DNA of 63,170 bases, the filler included, from Chiloscyllium plagiosum (lineage: Eukaryota), in assembly GCF_004010195.1 (NCBI RefSeq). It is 3 parts of one record of this genome, joined end to end, with 100 filler letters (N's around TTAATTAATTAA, not from the genome) between each part and the next. Parts side by side here need not be neighbours in the genome. Positions count along the whole stretch, not along the records: positions 1 to 24,035 come from NC_057713.1; 2 more parts are not named here. The stretch is one strand, 5' to 3'. Positions 1 to 11,679 of this stretch are shown here, in pieces; positions within the stretch are counted from its first letter, which is position 1; every line of letters begins with the position of its first letter. The position numbers and the translations under genes were made by a program. A model generated the notes under the pieces. It had not been told where the DNA came from. It searched no databases and worked only from the letters and a program-made list of their open reading frames with translations.

Positions 1-151
1 CTCTATGCTACTTTCTCCCCACCCCCACCTTCCTCTCATTTATCCCTCCACCATTCAGGCACTCTGCCTGTGTTCCTGTGTTGCCCGAAACGACGATTTT
101 CCTGCTCCTCGGATGCTGCCTGAACTGCTGTGCTTTTCCAGCACCACTCTA
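1..151 (+). mobile_element. Penelope-like element 3' end / pLTR (family A), truncated by window start
   Basis: Near-identical to the terminal segment of the GIY-YIG element at 43049-44346 (GCCCGAAAC..GATTTTCCTGCTCCTCGGATGCTGCCTGA.CTGCTGTGCTTTTCCAGCACCACTCT). The CTGATGA part of the hammerhead core is deleted. Confidence 0.75.
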
Positions 152-226
152 CCATGAAGAAATTGCCTTCTCAACCTCTCCCTTCACTTGAGACGCAATG
201 ACCCTCAGGTTAAACTGTCACCTGTC

Positions 227-252
227 ATCTCTCTCTCTCTCTCTCTCTCTCT
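227..252. repeat. (CT)n microsatellite
   Basis: Direct read of the CT run. Confidence 0.9.
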
Positions 253-600
253 GTCTAATGAGAGAGCAGTCTCATAGTCTGGTAAGACAATGCCGACTGC
301 AACTTTAACTGAAAAAGAACAACTGGCAGTCAAAATTCATCTGGCTTTGGACGCTCAAGTATTAAGGAGAATAAACATTCCCACTATTTTTGATGATCTT
401 AAGGTAAGATGAAGGTGTAGATTAGGCCATTCAGCCCATTGCATCCGCTTTGCCATTCGATGATGGCAAAGATTCTGAAAACATTTTTCACATTTTAAAT
501 GATCAACCTAAATTTTGAGTCTATTTCATGTCATACTGAAAACATCCAGGTAAAACAATTCATCAATTTGCAGACGGATATTGATGGAAATGTGATTTTA

Positions 601-832
601 GAAGAAAGTGAGTACTGAAGATGCTGGAGATCAGAGGCAAGAGTGTGGTGCTGGAAAAGCACAGCAGGTCAGGCAGCATCCGAGGAACAGGAGTATCAAT
701 GTTTCAGGCATAAGCCCTTCATCAGGAAGGGTATCATTCCTGACAAAGATCTTATGCCTAAAACGTTGATTCTCCTGCTCCTCGGATGCTGCCTGACCAG
801 CTGTGCTTTTCCAGCACCACACTCCTCAGAGC
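601..832. mobile_element. Palindromic (inverted pLTR pair) Penelope-like insertion, family A
   Basis: Arms are reverse complements: the ORF track gives MWCWKSTAGQAASEEQE on both strands. 13-bp direct repeat AAATGTGATTTTA at 588-600 and 833-845. Confidence 0.8.
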
Positions 833-3800
833 AAATGTGATTTTACCAAAGTTAATTTACCCTGAAGTGTTACGGAACTTGTCAGTGCCTTTCAATGCTT
901 TAGATAAGCACTTCTGTACAAACACAAAGATTATACCATTGAATGTCCTGTAGAAGATGTTCATAAGTTTGAAACAATATAAGCAGGCCAGCTCCATCTC
1001 TAAGTACTTCACTCTGGAACAACTGTTGGAACCATCATCAGGAACACTGGAATTTCTGAATCTTTTCTGAGCTGTGGTTTGAATCACACATCAAAAACAG
1101 TGGCTAGTATTCCATCACATGCTCTACAAGAGTATATTGAGTTACAATGTGATGAAGTCCAATTACCAAAGAAACCCAAATGACAATGGAATGCTCCACA
1201 GCAATACGAGATGAATCAACCAATGAACAATACCAAAGAAAGATCTGCCACAGAAGGCAAGACATGCCAGACTATAGGCCATGAGAATACTGAAGGAAAA
1301 ACCCAAGGGGTTGGCAGGTGAATTAATATATTGATCTGGCAATAGAAAGGACTGTTTGATCAATGAATCAAGTTGTGGGAAACATGTCAAGTCCATCAAC
1401 ATCAATAATACATATGCATGTAAACTTGCTGGAGAAGCTATCAAAATCTATAGAGATGGCAAGGATTCAATTGGAAATGAAGCAGCTTGAGTTAGAGGCA
1501 AGTGATAAGGAAAGGGCAGCAGAAATGAAACAGTTTGGGTTACAATTAAAAGAGGAAGAGAGGGAAAAGGAGAGATCAGCAGAACAGAGAGAGAAAGGGA
1601 GAGCAGCAGAAGAGAGGGAAAAAGAAAGTGCAGAAAAAGAAAAAGAGAGAGCTCTTGAACTTCAAAAACTGACACTTAAAAAGTAAAGTGAGTTTAAAGG
1701 CTGGAGATAAAGACTGAGGGTAGACTTAGTGAGGAAGACAGTGAGGATGAGCAAGCCCCTGGCATCAGAAGCCGAGAGAGAAACTGTTTAAGTATGTTCA
1801 GGCATTGCCTAAATTTGATGAGAAGGATATGGAAGCCTTTTTCATCTCATTTGAAAAGGTGGCTAAACAAATGCAGTGGACAGTGACAATGTGAGTTTTG
1901 TTGATCCAAACGATACTTGTTGGTAGGGCTAGTGATGTACTCGCGTCCCTGTCAGAGGAGGTATCTGGGGAGTATGAGGAGGTAAAAAAAGCCATTTTAA
2001 GTGCATAATGAGCTTGTACCAGAAGCCTATAGACAACATTTCAGGAATCTAAGGAGGGACCCTGGTCAAACCTATATTGAGTTTGAAAGGATCAAACGGA
2101 GTAATTTCGATAGATAAGAGCTTTGAAATGCGAGCAAACTTATGATGCCCTGAGAGAAGTAATTATTTTGGAGGAATTCAAAAATTCACTGCTTGGAGCA
2201 GTGCAAACTCATGTGGAAGAGCAGAGAGTTAAAACAGCAAGGTTAGCAGCTGAAGTGACTGATGATTATGAGCTGGTCCATAAAACACGGTTTGGCTTCC
2301 AAATCAAATTCAGTCCATGAGGGATAGAAATTGGGGCAAAGAGAAATCCACACGTGGAAAGGGAAAGGTAGATCTCAGTGGAGATCATAAAAATAACTTA
2401 CCACAGGGTTAAAAAACAAACCCTTGAGGGAAATGAAGTTGAAAGACTCCGGTGTTTTCATTGTAATAAAGTGGGCCACGCAGAATCACAGCGTTGGTGG
2501 GTGAGGAGAAAGCCAAATGTAGGAAAACCAAACAAGCCTGGAAGTTTTGTTAGACTAGTGACCAAAAGCACAAAAGAAGTTAGACTGCCTCAGAGTGTAC
2601 AAGATGATCAGAGGTTGATTAAGGAGGAAGTGCCAGATCTGCTTAAAAAGTATACATGCTGGGGTAAAGTTTATTCACATTAGCCAGGAGTAATAGGTAA
2701 GGAGGTTAAAATATTAAGGGACACAGGAGATATGCACTCCTGAAGGCCTAGTGCCAGAAAACGTGCTGGTAACAGGAATTCATGGTGAGACAAAAAGTGC
2801 TCAATTATGTAAAGTGAGGTGAGAGAGTCCAGAGAAGAGTGGAGAATCTGTGGTAGGAGTACTGGGCAAACTCTTAGCTCCAGGAATACAATTTGTCCTT
2901 GTAAATGATATAGCTGATTCACTGGTAGGAGTGCTGCCTACTCTAGTTGAAAAGCCAGTGGAGATACAGGCAACTGAAGAAATGAAGGACCTTTATTCAG
3001 GAATTGTCCCTGATTGTGTGATCACACGATCACAGAGGCATAAGCTGAAGCAGGAGAGATCAAAAAGCACAGATAAGGAAGCTGACATAGTGTTATCCAA
3101 AACTTGCTTTGATCAGATAAATGGAACAGAGAAGGAGCAATCTGCTAAGCTGATTGAATTACAGCAGAAAGATGAGGAGTTAGAACAGTTATATCAAAAC
3201 GCATTTACAGAGAAAGAAAGTGAATACATTCCTGTGTTATCACTTAACAAATGATGTCTCAATGAGGAAATGAAGACCATCACGCATTCAAGCAGATGAG
3301 AAATGGGCAGAGATTCATCAAATTGTTTTGCCAACAGGGTATAGAAAGGAAGTGCTGTGAGTCGCACACGAGCTACCACTTGGAGGTCATTTTGGGAGTG
3401 CAGAAAATGCAGGCTAAAATACAAAGACGTATTTGCTGGCCTGGATTACACAAAGATGCCGTTGAATTTTGCCAGACGTGTCATACATGTCAGCTAATCA
3501 AAAAACCACAGGCAGTAATAAAACTTGCACCTTTAATACCTATTCTAACATTTGAGGAACCTTTCACAAGAGTCTTGATTGATTGCGTAAGTCCCCCTAC
3601 CTCAAATAAAAAATGGGAATAAGTATTTATTAATAATAATTAATGAGGGATGTCCATTATTGGACAATTAATAAGTTGTCAAAAATTGAGATAAATTATT
3701 GAGTTACCTTCCATAAGAAAATCAAAATGACCTGAAAGGGTTATTACTATCACATGAGGAGATATGTGCAAATAAACTGGGAAGTACTAACCTAATTTTG

Positions 3801-4519
3801 CATGATGTAGATATAGGAGATGCTGTTCCAATTAAGCAACATCTTTATAAGCATAACTCTCTGACGTTGGCACAGATTCAGAAGGAGATAGAGCACATGC
3901 TCCAAGATGGCATAATCGAAGTGAGTTACAGTGGCTGGAGCTCACCTATAGTTATGGTACCAAAGCCAGATGGTACCCAATGGTTATGTGTGGGCAATCG
4001 GAAAGTCAATCCTGTTACAAAGACTGATGCATATCCAATTCCACAGTTGGAGGACTGTGTCAATAAAGTGGGACAAGTAACTTACATTTCTAAGTTGGAC
4101 TTGCTCAGTGGCTACTGGCAAGTACCTCCGTCAGAGAGAAAAGGCATTTTCAGCTTTCATAACGCCAAATTGATTGTATCAGGTCAAAGTCATGCCATTT
4201 GGTATGAAAAATGCTCCTGCCACATTTCAGAGACTGACTAATAAGGCCATTGCTGGATTACCTGCGTATATTGATGACCTGGTGATTTTTAGTCACTTGT
4301 AGAAGGAACGTTTACAGCATTTATCGGACTTGTTTGATTGATTTCGGAAGACAGGCTTGGTGGTAAACCTAGCTAAAAGTGAATTTGCCAAAGCCCAAGT
4401 CACCTTCCTGGGCCATGTTATTGGGCAAGGACAAATGGTCCCACGAGATGTGAAAATGAAAGTAATTGGGGAATTTCCCACACTGTCGACAAAAAAAGCA
4501 GTACTACGGTTTCTGGGGT

Positions 4520-5103
4520 CGAAACCGTTGGGAGGTCATGTTGCGGCTGTACAGGGCATTGGTTTGGGTACTTTTGGAATATTGTGTGCAATTCTGGTCT
4601 CCCTCCTATCGGAGGGATATTGTGAAACTTGAAAGGGTTCGGAAAAGATTTACAAGGGTTGGAGGATTTGAGTTTTAAGGTGAATTTGAATAGACTGGGG
4701 CTATTTTCCCTGGAGAGTCGGAGGATGAGGGGTGACCTTATATAAGTTTATAAAATCATGAGAGGCATGGATAAGATAAATAGACAAAGTCTTTTCGCTG
4801 GGGTGGGGGAGTCCAGAATTAGAGGGCATAAGTTTAGCGTGAGAGGGGAAAGATATATAAAAGGGACAACTTTTTCATTCAGAGGGTGGTACATGTATGG
4901 AATGAGCTGCCAGAGGAAGTGGTGGAAGCTGGTACAATTGCAACACTTAAAAGGCATCTGAATGGGGATATGAATAGAAAGGGTTTGGAGGGATATGGGC
5001 TGGATGCTGGCAAATGGGACGAGATTAGGTTGGGATATCTGGTCAGCATGGATGGGTTGGACCAAAGGGTCGGTTTCCATGCTGTATATCTCTATGACTC
5101 TAT
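4520..5103 (+). mobile_element. CR1 LINE 3' fragment inserted in the Gypsy pol
   Basis: LRLYRALV..LEYCVQFWSPSYRRDIVKLERV and WNELPEEVVEAGTI motifs; typical CR1 3' UTR ending in a TCTATGACTCTAT tail. Confidence 0.9.
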
Positions 5104-5398
5104 AAAAATGTCAGACTGTTTAGATGGAGCTTGTTGTTCCAGCCATTCAATGTGACCATTGTGCGTGTGGCAGGTCGCGAAAACGTGATTGCCGATGCGT
5201 TATCAAGACTCAAATGAGATACAGAGGCGTTTGGTGGTGGATGTACCGTGGCCTGAATTTGCGCGATATTGTGCATGTTTGCATGTTTATAGTTAGTATA
5301 GTGTATATGTATACTTGGACTAAAATCCGGGTTTTAAAGAGTTAGAAATGAAGCCAGCTTTCGGTATTGATGGTTCATTTTTTTTCCTCGGGTGTCGG

Positions 5399-6045
5399 TG
5401 TCACAAAGCAAGTCCCGTTTTCTTCTAAAAGCTGTTCCTTGGCTCAAGAAGACTCTGTCCTTAATTGTTTTCAGAGGGGCAATAAACCGGTCTGGGCTTC
5501 GATCAATCTGGTTTGGTACAGAGATGAAAAGGATTTTCAGAGGCCTTTTGTTTATATGTAAACAGATGAGACTTCAGGCCAAAGTGGTCATGTTTTAGAA
5601 GTGACCTGAATAGTGAAAGGGGAGTGGTCAGCTCTCTAGCTGAGCTGAGCAGTTTTAGTTCAGTCTTGAACTGGTTGGAAGTTTAACAGGGAGCTGTGTG
5701 GAAACTCTCTCTCTTTTCTGCCCTTCAACTTCAACCTCTAAGCATGTGTTCCATTTATATTAGTTCTTAAAGGGAGTTTGCTTACTGGCACTGTTGTGTA
5801 TATTCGGAACAACATAACTAATTCTATTTGGATAGGTTGAGTTCTGTAGGGTTGCTTTATTCCGTTCTTTGTGTTTCATTGTGCAAATTTGTGCAGGAGT
5901 TTTTGTCTGTTTTAAAATCTCGCGGTCAACCTAGCTAACTTAATCCGGGTAATTTTGGCTGGACACTTACCGAAACAAATTGCAAAGTTATGGTCTGAAC
6001 TGCCTGCTTAAGAATGTTTTCAGTGGTCTGGCTTACTCCATAACA
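5399..6045 (+). repeat. 3' LTR of the Gypsy element
   Basis: Starts TGTCAC after a degraded purine tract downstream of the RNase H stop and ends ...CCATAACA (TG..CA termini). Confidence 0.65.
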
Positions 6046-8344
6046 ATAGGCACATGATAACATCAGCCAGTGTGTAATCCTGATTCAATGCTAGTGATGC
6101 TTTCCTGTTATTTGCCAGTCAAGTTCACACCCTCAATTAACACTACACAGCTGAACATACATTCAATGGCAAGAAGGGTTTACCTGTCAGATCTATAAAT
6201 GATCATCAACGATATTAAGGTTAACAGCTCACTGATTTCTACTGGCTTTGTCTGAGTTTGTTGAGGAGCTTTCTAGTGCTGTTTAAAGCTGTTGAAGTTG
6301 ACGGGAAGTGTTATTCTACATGGGGAAGGCCTTTGCTCTGACTTCAAAAGTTCAGATCAGAACTCTTTGCTCCCAATCATGTCTGCAAAATAAGAAGGAT
6401 ACTGTCCAGCCACAAAAGTGAGAAGGACAAGCTGCTGGGAGAAGGGCAAGGAGCAGAGGAATAAGAATTCTCAGCAATGTTGCCTTCAAGGAGCAATTTA
6501 CCTGTTTCAGCTTCAACATGGAACAGTGTGCATGAGACTGACAGTTTTCAAAACAGGGTCTCACTGAAATCTGCTTTTCCCTGCAAATGCCAGAACAATG
6601 TGAGAGGAAAATGCAACATGGAACATTTATGCTTCATGGCAATGCCTTGACCAATCAGAGTGGAATTGCCTGGCTTGAATTTACATAAAAATGTGCTAGT
6701 TATCTGTCCAAAGGTGTACTCTCCATCCACTTGCCAACCAATCGTACCTCTTTCGCACGGAGTAGAAAATGTTGTATCCTTTGATAAATACTATTCTTGC
6801 AATTCTACCCTGACGAGCTCAAGATGAAACACTTTGTATCTTTTTGAATATTGCAATTTCCTCAGCTGGCTACATTTCTGCCTGGCCAGGCCGCACTTCC
6901 TGGATATCTGAAAGGCAATGGGGATAGGATGATGATGAGAAGAGGGTAAAACATGAGCGATGCATGCTTAAACATGCTGAAGTTTATCAATGCGAAGAGC
7001 TGATAGGTTGAATATCAAGGAGAATGTGAGGAAAAGCATAGAGGAAAATACATTCACTTTCATTGGCTTTAGTCCCTTTACCAGACAAAGACTGAATTGT
7101 GGCCACTCCAGTTACGGCAACCATCCCTCCTCCTCCAGACTGAGAGCATGCAAATAAGTCTTGCCCCACTGGTCATCTGCCACTGCCACTAATTCAGGGT
7201 CACCTTTGTCCTGAAAAAGAGAAATGTGCTAGTCAGAATGCTTTGGTATGTTTGGGCAATATCTTTTGTACTCAAGTTGTTATACACATCCAAAACAAAA
7301 ATAGGCAACTGGAGTATTAAGACTGAAGGTCTTGTCACTCAGGTAGCTTTCCTTGAAGGTTTTCAATGGGAACTAAATCAGAGCTGCAGGTGTTCAGTGA
7401 GCATGCTCAGTAGGACCTGTATTACCGAGGCGTCTCTCAGCAACCTGGAGCAAGGTGGGGAGGCACATGCACAGGTTGAAAGGTCACAGACCACGACTTT
7501 GGCCTTGAGCAGGTCACAGTTTCATGGAAGCGTAAACAAAATTTCAAGCTAAAATTTACATTTTTTGCTGAGTTGTTCATGGAGGAGTTTTGCTTTCTAT
7601 AATATGTAGCTTATGTAGAGTAGCAATTTGGGATTAGAAATTGCCTTTTCCAAACATGTACAGTTTAGGACACGATATACGTTGGAATGACTGATTATAC
7701 CCAATGAAGAACCTTCATTTCATTTTGCATTAAATACTTTGATTGAATTTAACCTCAAACTATCAGAGTTACTCTGAAAAATAGCCCTCACCAAATTCTA
7801 CAGTGCATTTTATCATTGAGAAAACATTTTAAATTTAATTCAACCCTTCTAATCTTCGCACTGCACCCAATGTTTCACCCACTTACTTCAATTGCACTCT
7901 GTTAACTTTATCCTTTCACTTTGGTACTGTTTTTTTGTGATGCTGGGATGACATAAGTTCAGTGGTCAAGCCAATTGCCCCACTGCCCTTTTTTGAATCT
8001 AACAATATGCTCCAAAACAGCTCATCAAACATGGAGGAACAGTGAATTCCTGGCCTTGAGACTTAGCATAGGTAAAGGCAATCAAGAGGGGGTATGCAGT
8101 GACCCACAATTTTATCTCTGAGTCACTTTGCTCCTCATCTCTACACCTCAAGGTCAGCTGAAAACTTGGTATTTCTTTTTTGGGAGGCAGAGTCCAACGA
8201 CCCCTTCTGTTTTGGCTTTGTGTGTCTGAAAGAATTGACCACAACCTGGGCCATGCACACCGCAGTCAGTCACAACAAAAGACTCCTGAAAACTACTGTG
8301 AACCCATCTGCTTACTAATTTTCTTAAGCGTAGGATGTTGCACT

Positions 8345-9650
8345 AGAGTGTACCACAGGGATAAGTGCTGGATCTTCCATGATTTAGAATATATATTCAA
8401 TGATTTGGATGAGGATCATGGACATACTATAGCAAGCTTGTGGATGACGTAAAAAATATGTGGGAAGGCAAGTGGTAAGGCTGACACAAGGATTCTGCAA
8501 AGGGACATAGTGAGTGGACAAGAACTTGGCAGGTCTGTGTAATGTGGGGAAATGCGAGATTATGCACTTTAGCAGAAAGACTAGAGAAGCTGAAAATTGT
8601 TTAAATGGAGAAAGACTGCTGAAAGTTACAGAACAGAGGGCTGGAGAAGTCCTTATCCAAAAATCACAAAAAAAAGGGCATCCAAGTTCGGTGGGTAATA
8701 GGGAAGACGTATGGAATATTGGCTTTTATTTCAAGGCGATTGGAATATAAAATTAGGGAAGTTTTGCAAAAACTACAATGTACTAGTCAGATCACAGATA
8801 GAATACTGTGAACTACTTTGGGCCTCTAATCTCAGGAAAGATTTGCAGGTACACAATCCTTTATCCGAAATCCCGAAATCCAAAATCCAAAATTTATTTT
8901 GTGGAGTTTTTTTCTCCATAACCAGGTTGTTTGGTGTGCAAACCGTTAACCCAACTCCACACCAACTCGACCCACGTCAGTCAGATGTGACTTGGGGGCA
9001 TGGCCCAGCACTGGCAGGCATCAATCCTGTCTCAGGGCCCGTAGTACTCACAGATGCATCTGCTGTTTGGTAAGATTTTTAAAAATTTCACCATTAAACT
9101 GTCACTTATTCCGAAATCCAAAATGTTCTGAATTCCAAAATACAAGCTGGTCCTGACAGTTTCAGATAAAGGATTGTGTACCTGTACTGGAATTGGAGGA
9201 GATTCACTGGGATATCCTTGGTATGGAGGAACTGTCTTAAGAGGAAAAGTTGAGTCAGTTGGGTCTGAGTACATTATAGTTTAGAAGCATAAAAGGTGAA
9301 ACATCTAATGTTTTTAGAGGGCTTGATAGGGTGGATGTGGAAATATTCTTTGCCCTTTGTTGGAGAGTCTAGGACCAGACAACAAAATCTCTGAATAAGG
9401 AGTTGTCCATTCGAGACACAGATAACAACGTGTTTTTCTCTGAGATTATGAAACTGAATTATTTGCTTCAGTTGTAGAGGCTGTTTCATTAAAGTGCATT
9501 CAGGGCTGAGATAAACATATTTTTAATGGATAAAGCAATCAAGGGTTAAAAGAAAAAGGCAGAAAAGTAGAATTGAGAATGACCAGATGAGCCAAAATCT
9601 CATGGACTGGCAAGGGCTGAATGTCCTTCTTTTTCTTCTGTGTCTCATGG
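8345..9650 (+). mobile_element. Old CR1 LINE 3' portion, interrupted by a MITE
   Basis: Degenerate RT C-terminal motifs (NVGKCEIMHF, YNVLVRSQIEYC) and a CR1-type 3' UTR. Confidence 0.75.
8846..9184. mobile_element. Tigger/pogo-like (Tc1/mariner) MITE
   Basis: 25-bp TIR CAGGTACACAATCCTTTATCCGAAA with one mismatch at the right end. TA at 9185-9186; left flank is TG. No ORF. Confidence 0.8.
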
Positions 9651-10496
9651 TCTCCTAGGACAGCAGGACATCCTAATCAATATCATGTTTCACCCACTGT
9701 CTGCCATATTGGGGCTTAAGGGGCATGCGATGGAGGGCTGGGGTGTCTACTTTTACCTGAAAGCAAACACATTTCGAAGGCAGAATTTTTTTTTTCAAAC
9801 AAGTGTATGTTTTGCTAAACTCATGTGCTCATAGTCATGAAAGTACACACAAAAATATAATTATAGCTGCAAAGCTGTCCCCTGGAGACTCAACAATGTA
9901 AACGGAGCATTTCCACTCAATCGGCCAATGCAGATTCACTGACTAATTAGTAATTAAAGCACTCAGTATAAACAAGCCACTTCAGTGAAGGAGCAGATCC
10001 CAGTGTCCAGAGACTGACAGCTGCTCACATTCTGTTTTGCATATATATCAAAATTATTCATGTCTCCATGTTTAGTGGCCATCATATTGTACTCCATAAA
10101 TGAAAAGATAGATACTGTACAGAAAGTCTGATCATGATTAAGCCTCTTTCACCTTTTCCTTGAAGAAATTCATTAAACAGGGTGTGATGTTGTATCCCTA
10201 CGATATCCCTTGACACACGTGCTAAATTTATTAAAACTAGACTACAGCAGATAAAGACAAATAATTCAGCTTTAGAATTACATTCCTGTAATTTAATTCC
10301 ATCTCTAATCATAGCGATGAAACAAGCTGTACCGTTCTGCCAGGTTGTGTGACAGCTTATCCTGAACTAATAAACAAAAATATTGACATTGTTCTTCATG
10401 TGCCTTCTTAAAATAAATGCGAAGTCTTGTGCATAAATTTTGCCAGGTAAAGTGTAGAGAATAGTCTTTGCTAGAAACGTAGTGCTGTTGACTTAC

Positions 10497-10642
10497 CAAT
10501 ATTTTCGGTCGTGAAAGGACTATTCCTGGAATTTTTCTCCAGCGTTTCCAGCCAGACATGCGATCATTGAAGAGAAGGAGATTAGCTTCACTTGAATAGC
10601 TGGACGAGTGGAGGGAATTTGCACCCTTATTGATGGTGATTC
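10497..10642 (-). other. Candidate orphan exon (146 bp), gene unknown
   Basis: Minus strand: TTTTTTTTCAG acceptor and TTG|GTAAGT donor. One open frame, (G)ITINKGANSLHSSSYSSEANLLLFNDRMSGWKRWRKIPGIVLSRPKIL. Non-repetitive and retains CpGs. No homolog recognised. Confidence 0.3.
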
Positions 10643-10661
10643 CTGAAAAAAAATCACATTT

Positions 10662-11210
10662 GAAGATAAAACTATTGGAGAAACTTAGCAGGTCAACATC
10701 GTTGGAGAGTGGTGGCATGGTGACTCAGTGGTTAGCACTGCTAGGGACCTGGGTTCAATTCCAACCTCGGGCAGTGGAGTTTGCATGTTCTCTCCATGTC
10801 TGTGTGGTTTCCTCTGGGTGCTCTGGTTTCCTCTCACAGTTTGAAAATGTGCAGGTTAGGTGGATTGTCCATGCTAAATTGCCCATATTGTCCAGGGATG
10901 TGAAGGTTAGGTGGATTAGCCATGGGAAATGGAGTGTTACGGGGACACAGTTGGAGGGTGAGTCTGGTTGGGATGCACTTCACAGAGTCAGTGTGGACTT
11001 ATTGGGCTGAATGGCCTGTTTCCACACTATAGGGATTCTATGGATAACTAACCTTTTGAAGCCAATAGCCCTTCTGAAGAAGAATCATTGGAAGAGTCAC
11101 TAGATTCGAAAGTTAATTCTGTTTCTCTCTCCACAGATCTACCAGACCTGCTGAGTTTTTCTAGCACTTTCTGTTTTCATTTCAGGTCTCCAGCATCTGC
11201 AGTATTTCAG
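10662..11210. mobile_element. Inverted pair of Penelope-like pLTRs (family B) interrupted by a SINE
   Basis: Degraded left arm ..TGGAGAAACTTAGCAGGTC.. Right arm CTGAAGA..GATTCGAAAGTTAATTCTG..CCAGACCTGCTGAGTTTTTCTAGCA..CCAGCATCTGCAG (11074-11210). Confidence 0.55.
10711..11042 (+). mobile_element. HE1 / V-SINE-type tRNA-derived SINE
   Basis: A box TGGTGACTCAGTGG, B box GGTTCAATTCC, central GTGGAGTTTGCATGTTCTC...GGTTTCCTC core and a CR1-like 3' tail. Confidence 0.85.
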
Positions 11211-11679
11211 TTTAATACCAAGTGTAGATATTAGCCCTCTGTGAAAAGCTTACTGAGAGTGCAGATTTAATATTATTGTGATAGGTATATTAAACAAGTA
11301 ACCAAGCTTTGATTAGTAAGCTTGTTCAAATTAGGTGAATGCAACCATTCTAATATCTAAATTATTGAGAATAAATTGAAACCACTTTTCTCGTATTTAT
11401 CAAAGATTTCAGGTAATAGATAATGGAGTTAAAAATAACTAACACCCATTTATAAACAAGATTTCTAAGGATTCTGGAACCGTGAAATTCATGAAGTCAT
11501 AATGATCACCAATTATTATCCAAACTCGGATATTAGATAAGATATAATGTAGCCTATCTTTCATTTAGGTGAAAAAGGCTAAGGTACACAAGTTTAGGGC
11601 ATTATTCCATCAGAGCTGTTGGGGAGAGTAGTAAAGATGCCTAAATAAAGTCAGATAATTAATTCAAATCTTTAATACC

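Larger units (their letters stand above)
1420..6045 (+). mobile_element. Decayed Gmr1-like Ty3/Gypsy LTR retrotransposon (gag, PR, INT, RT, RNH, 3' LTR); 5' LTR missing
   Basis: Gag coiled coil and capsid (LPKFDEKDMEAFFISFEKVA..., ELVPEAYRQHFRNL), degenerate zinc knuckle CFHCNKVGHAESQRW, protease ILRDTG (~2710), integrase Zn-binding region WPGLHKDAVEFCQTCHTCQ...EEPFTRVLIDCV (3360-3600), RT WSSPIVMVPKPDG / LDLLSGYWQVP / YIDDLVIF (3800-4520), RNase H end NVRLFRWSLLFQPF...GRENVIADALSR (5104-5216). Many stops and frameshifts. Confidence 0.9.

Noticed and set aside
631..840. Mirror-image small ORFs (MWCWKSTAGQAASEEQE...) resembling a sense/antisense gene pair or peptide family
   Set aside because: By-product of inverted Penelope terminal repeats; frames are not preserved among copies.
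1363..1686. Glu/Lys/Arg-rich 107-aa ORF as a host coiled-coil gene
   Set aside because: Contiguous with the Gypsy gag; it is the gag N-terminal coiled coil.
10711..10765. tRNA-like A/B boxes (also at other SINE heads, e.g. 58472-58578)
   Set aside because: These are SINE heads followed by SINE core sequence, with no complete cloverleaf.
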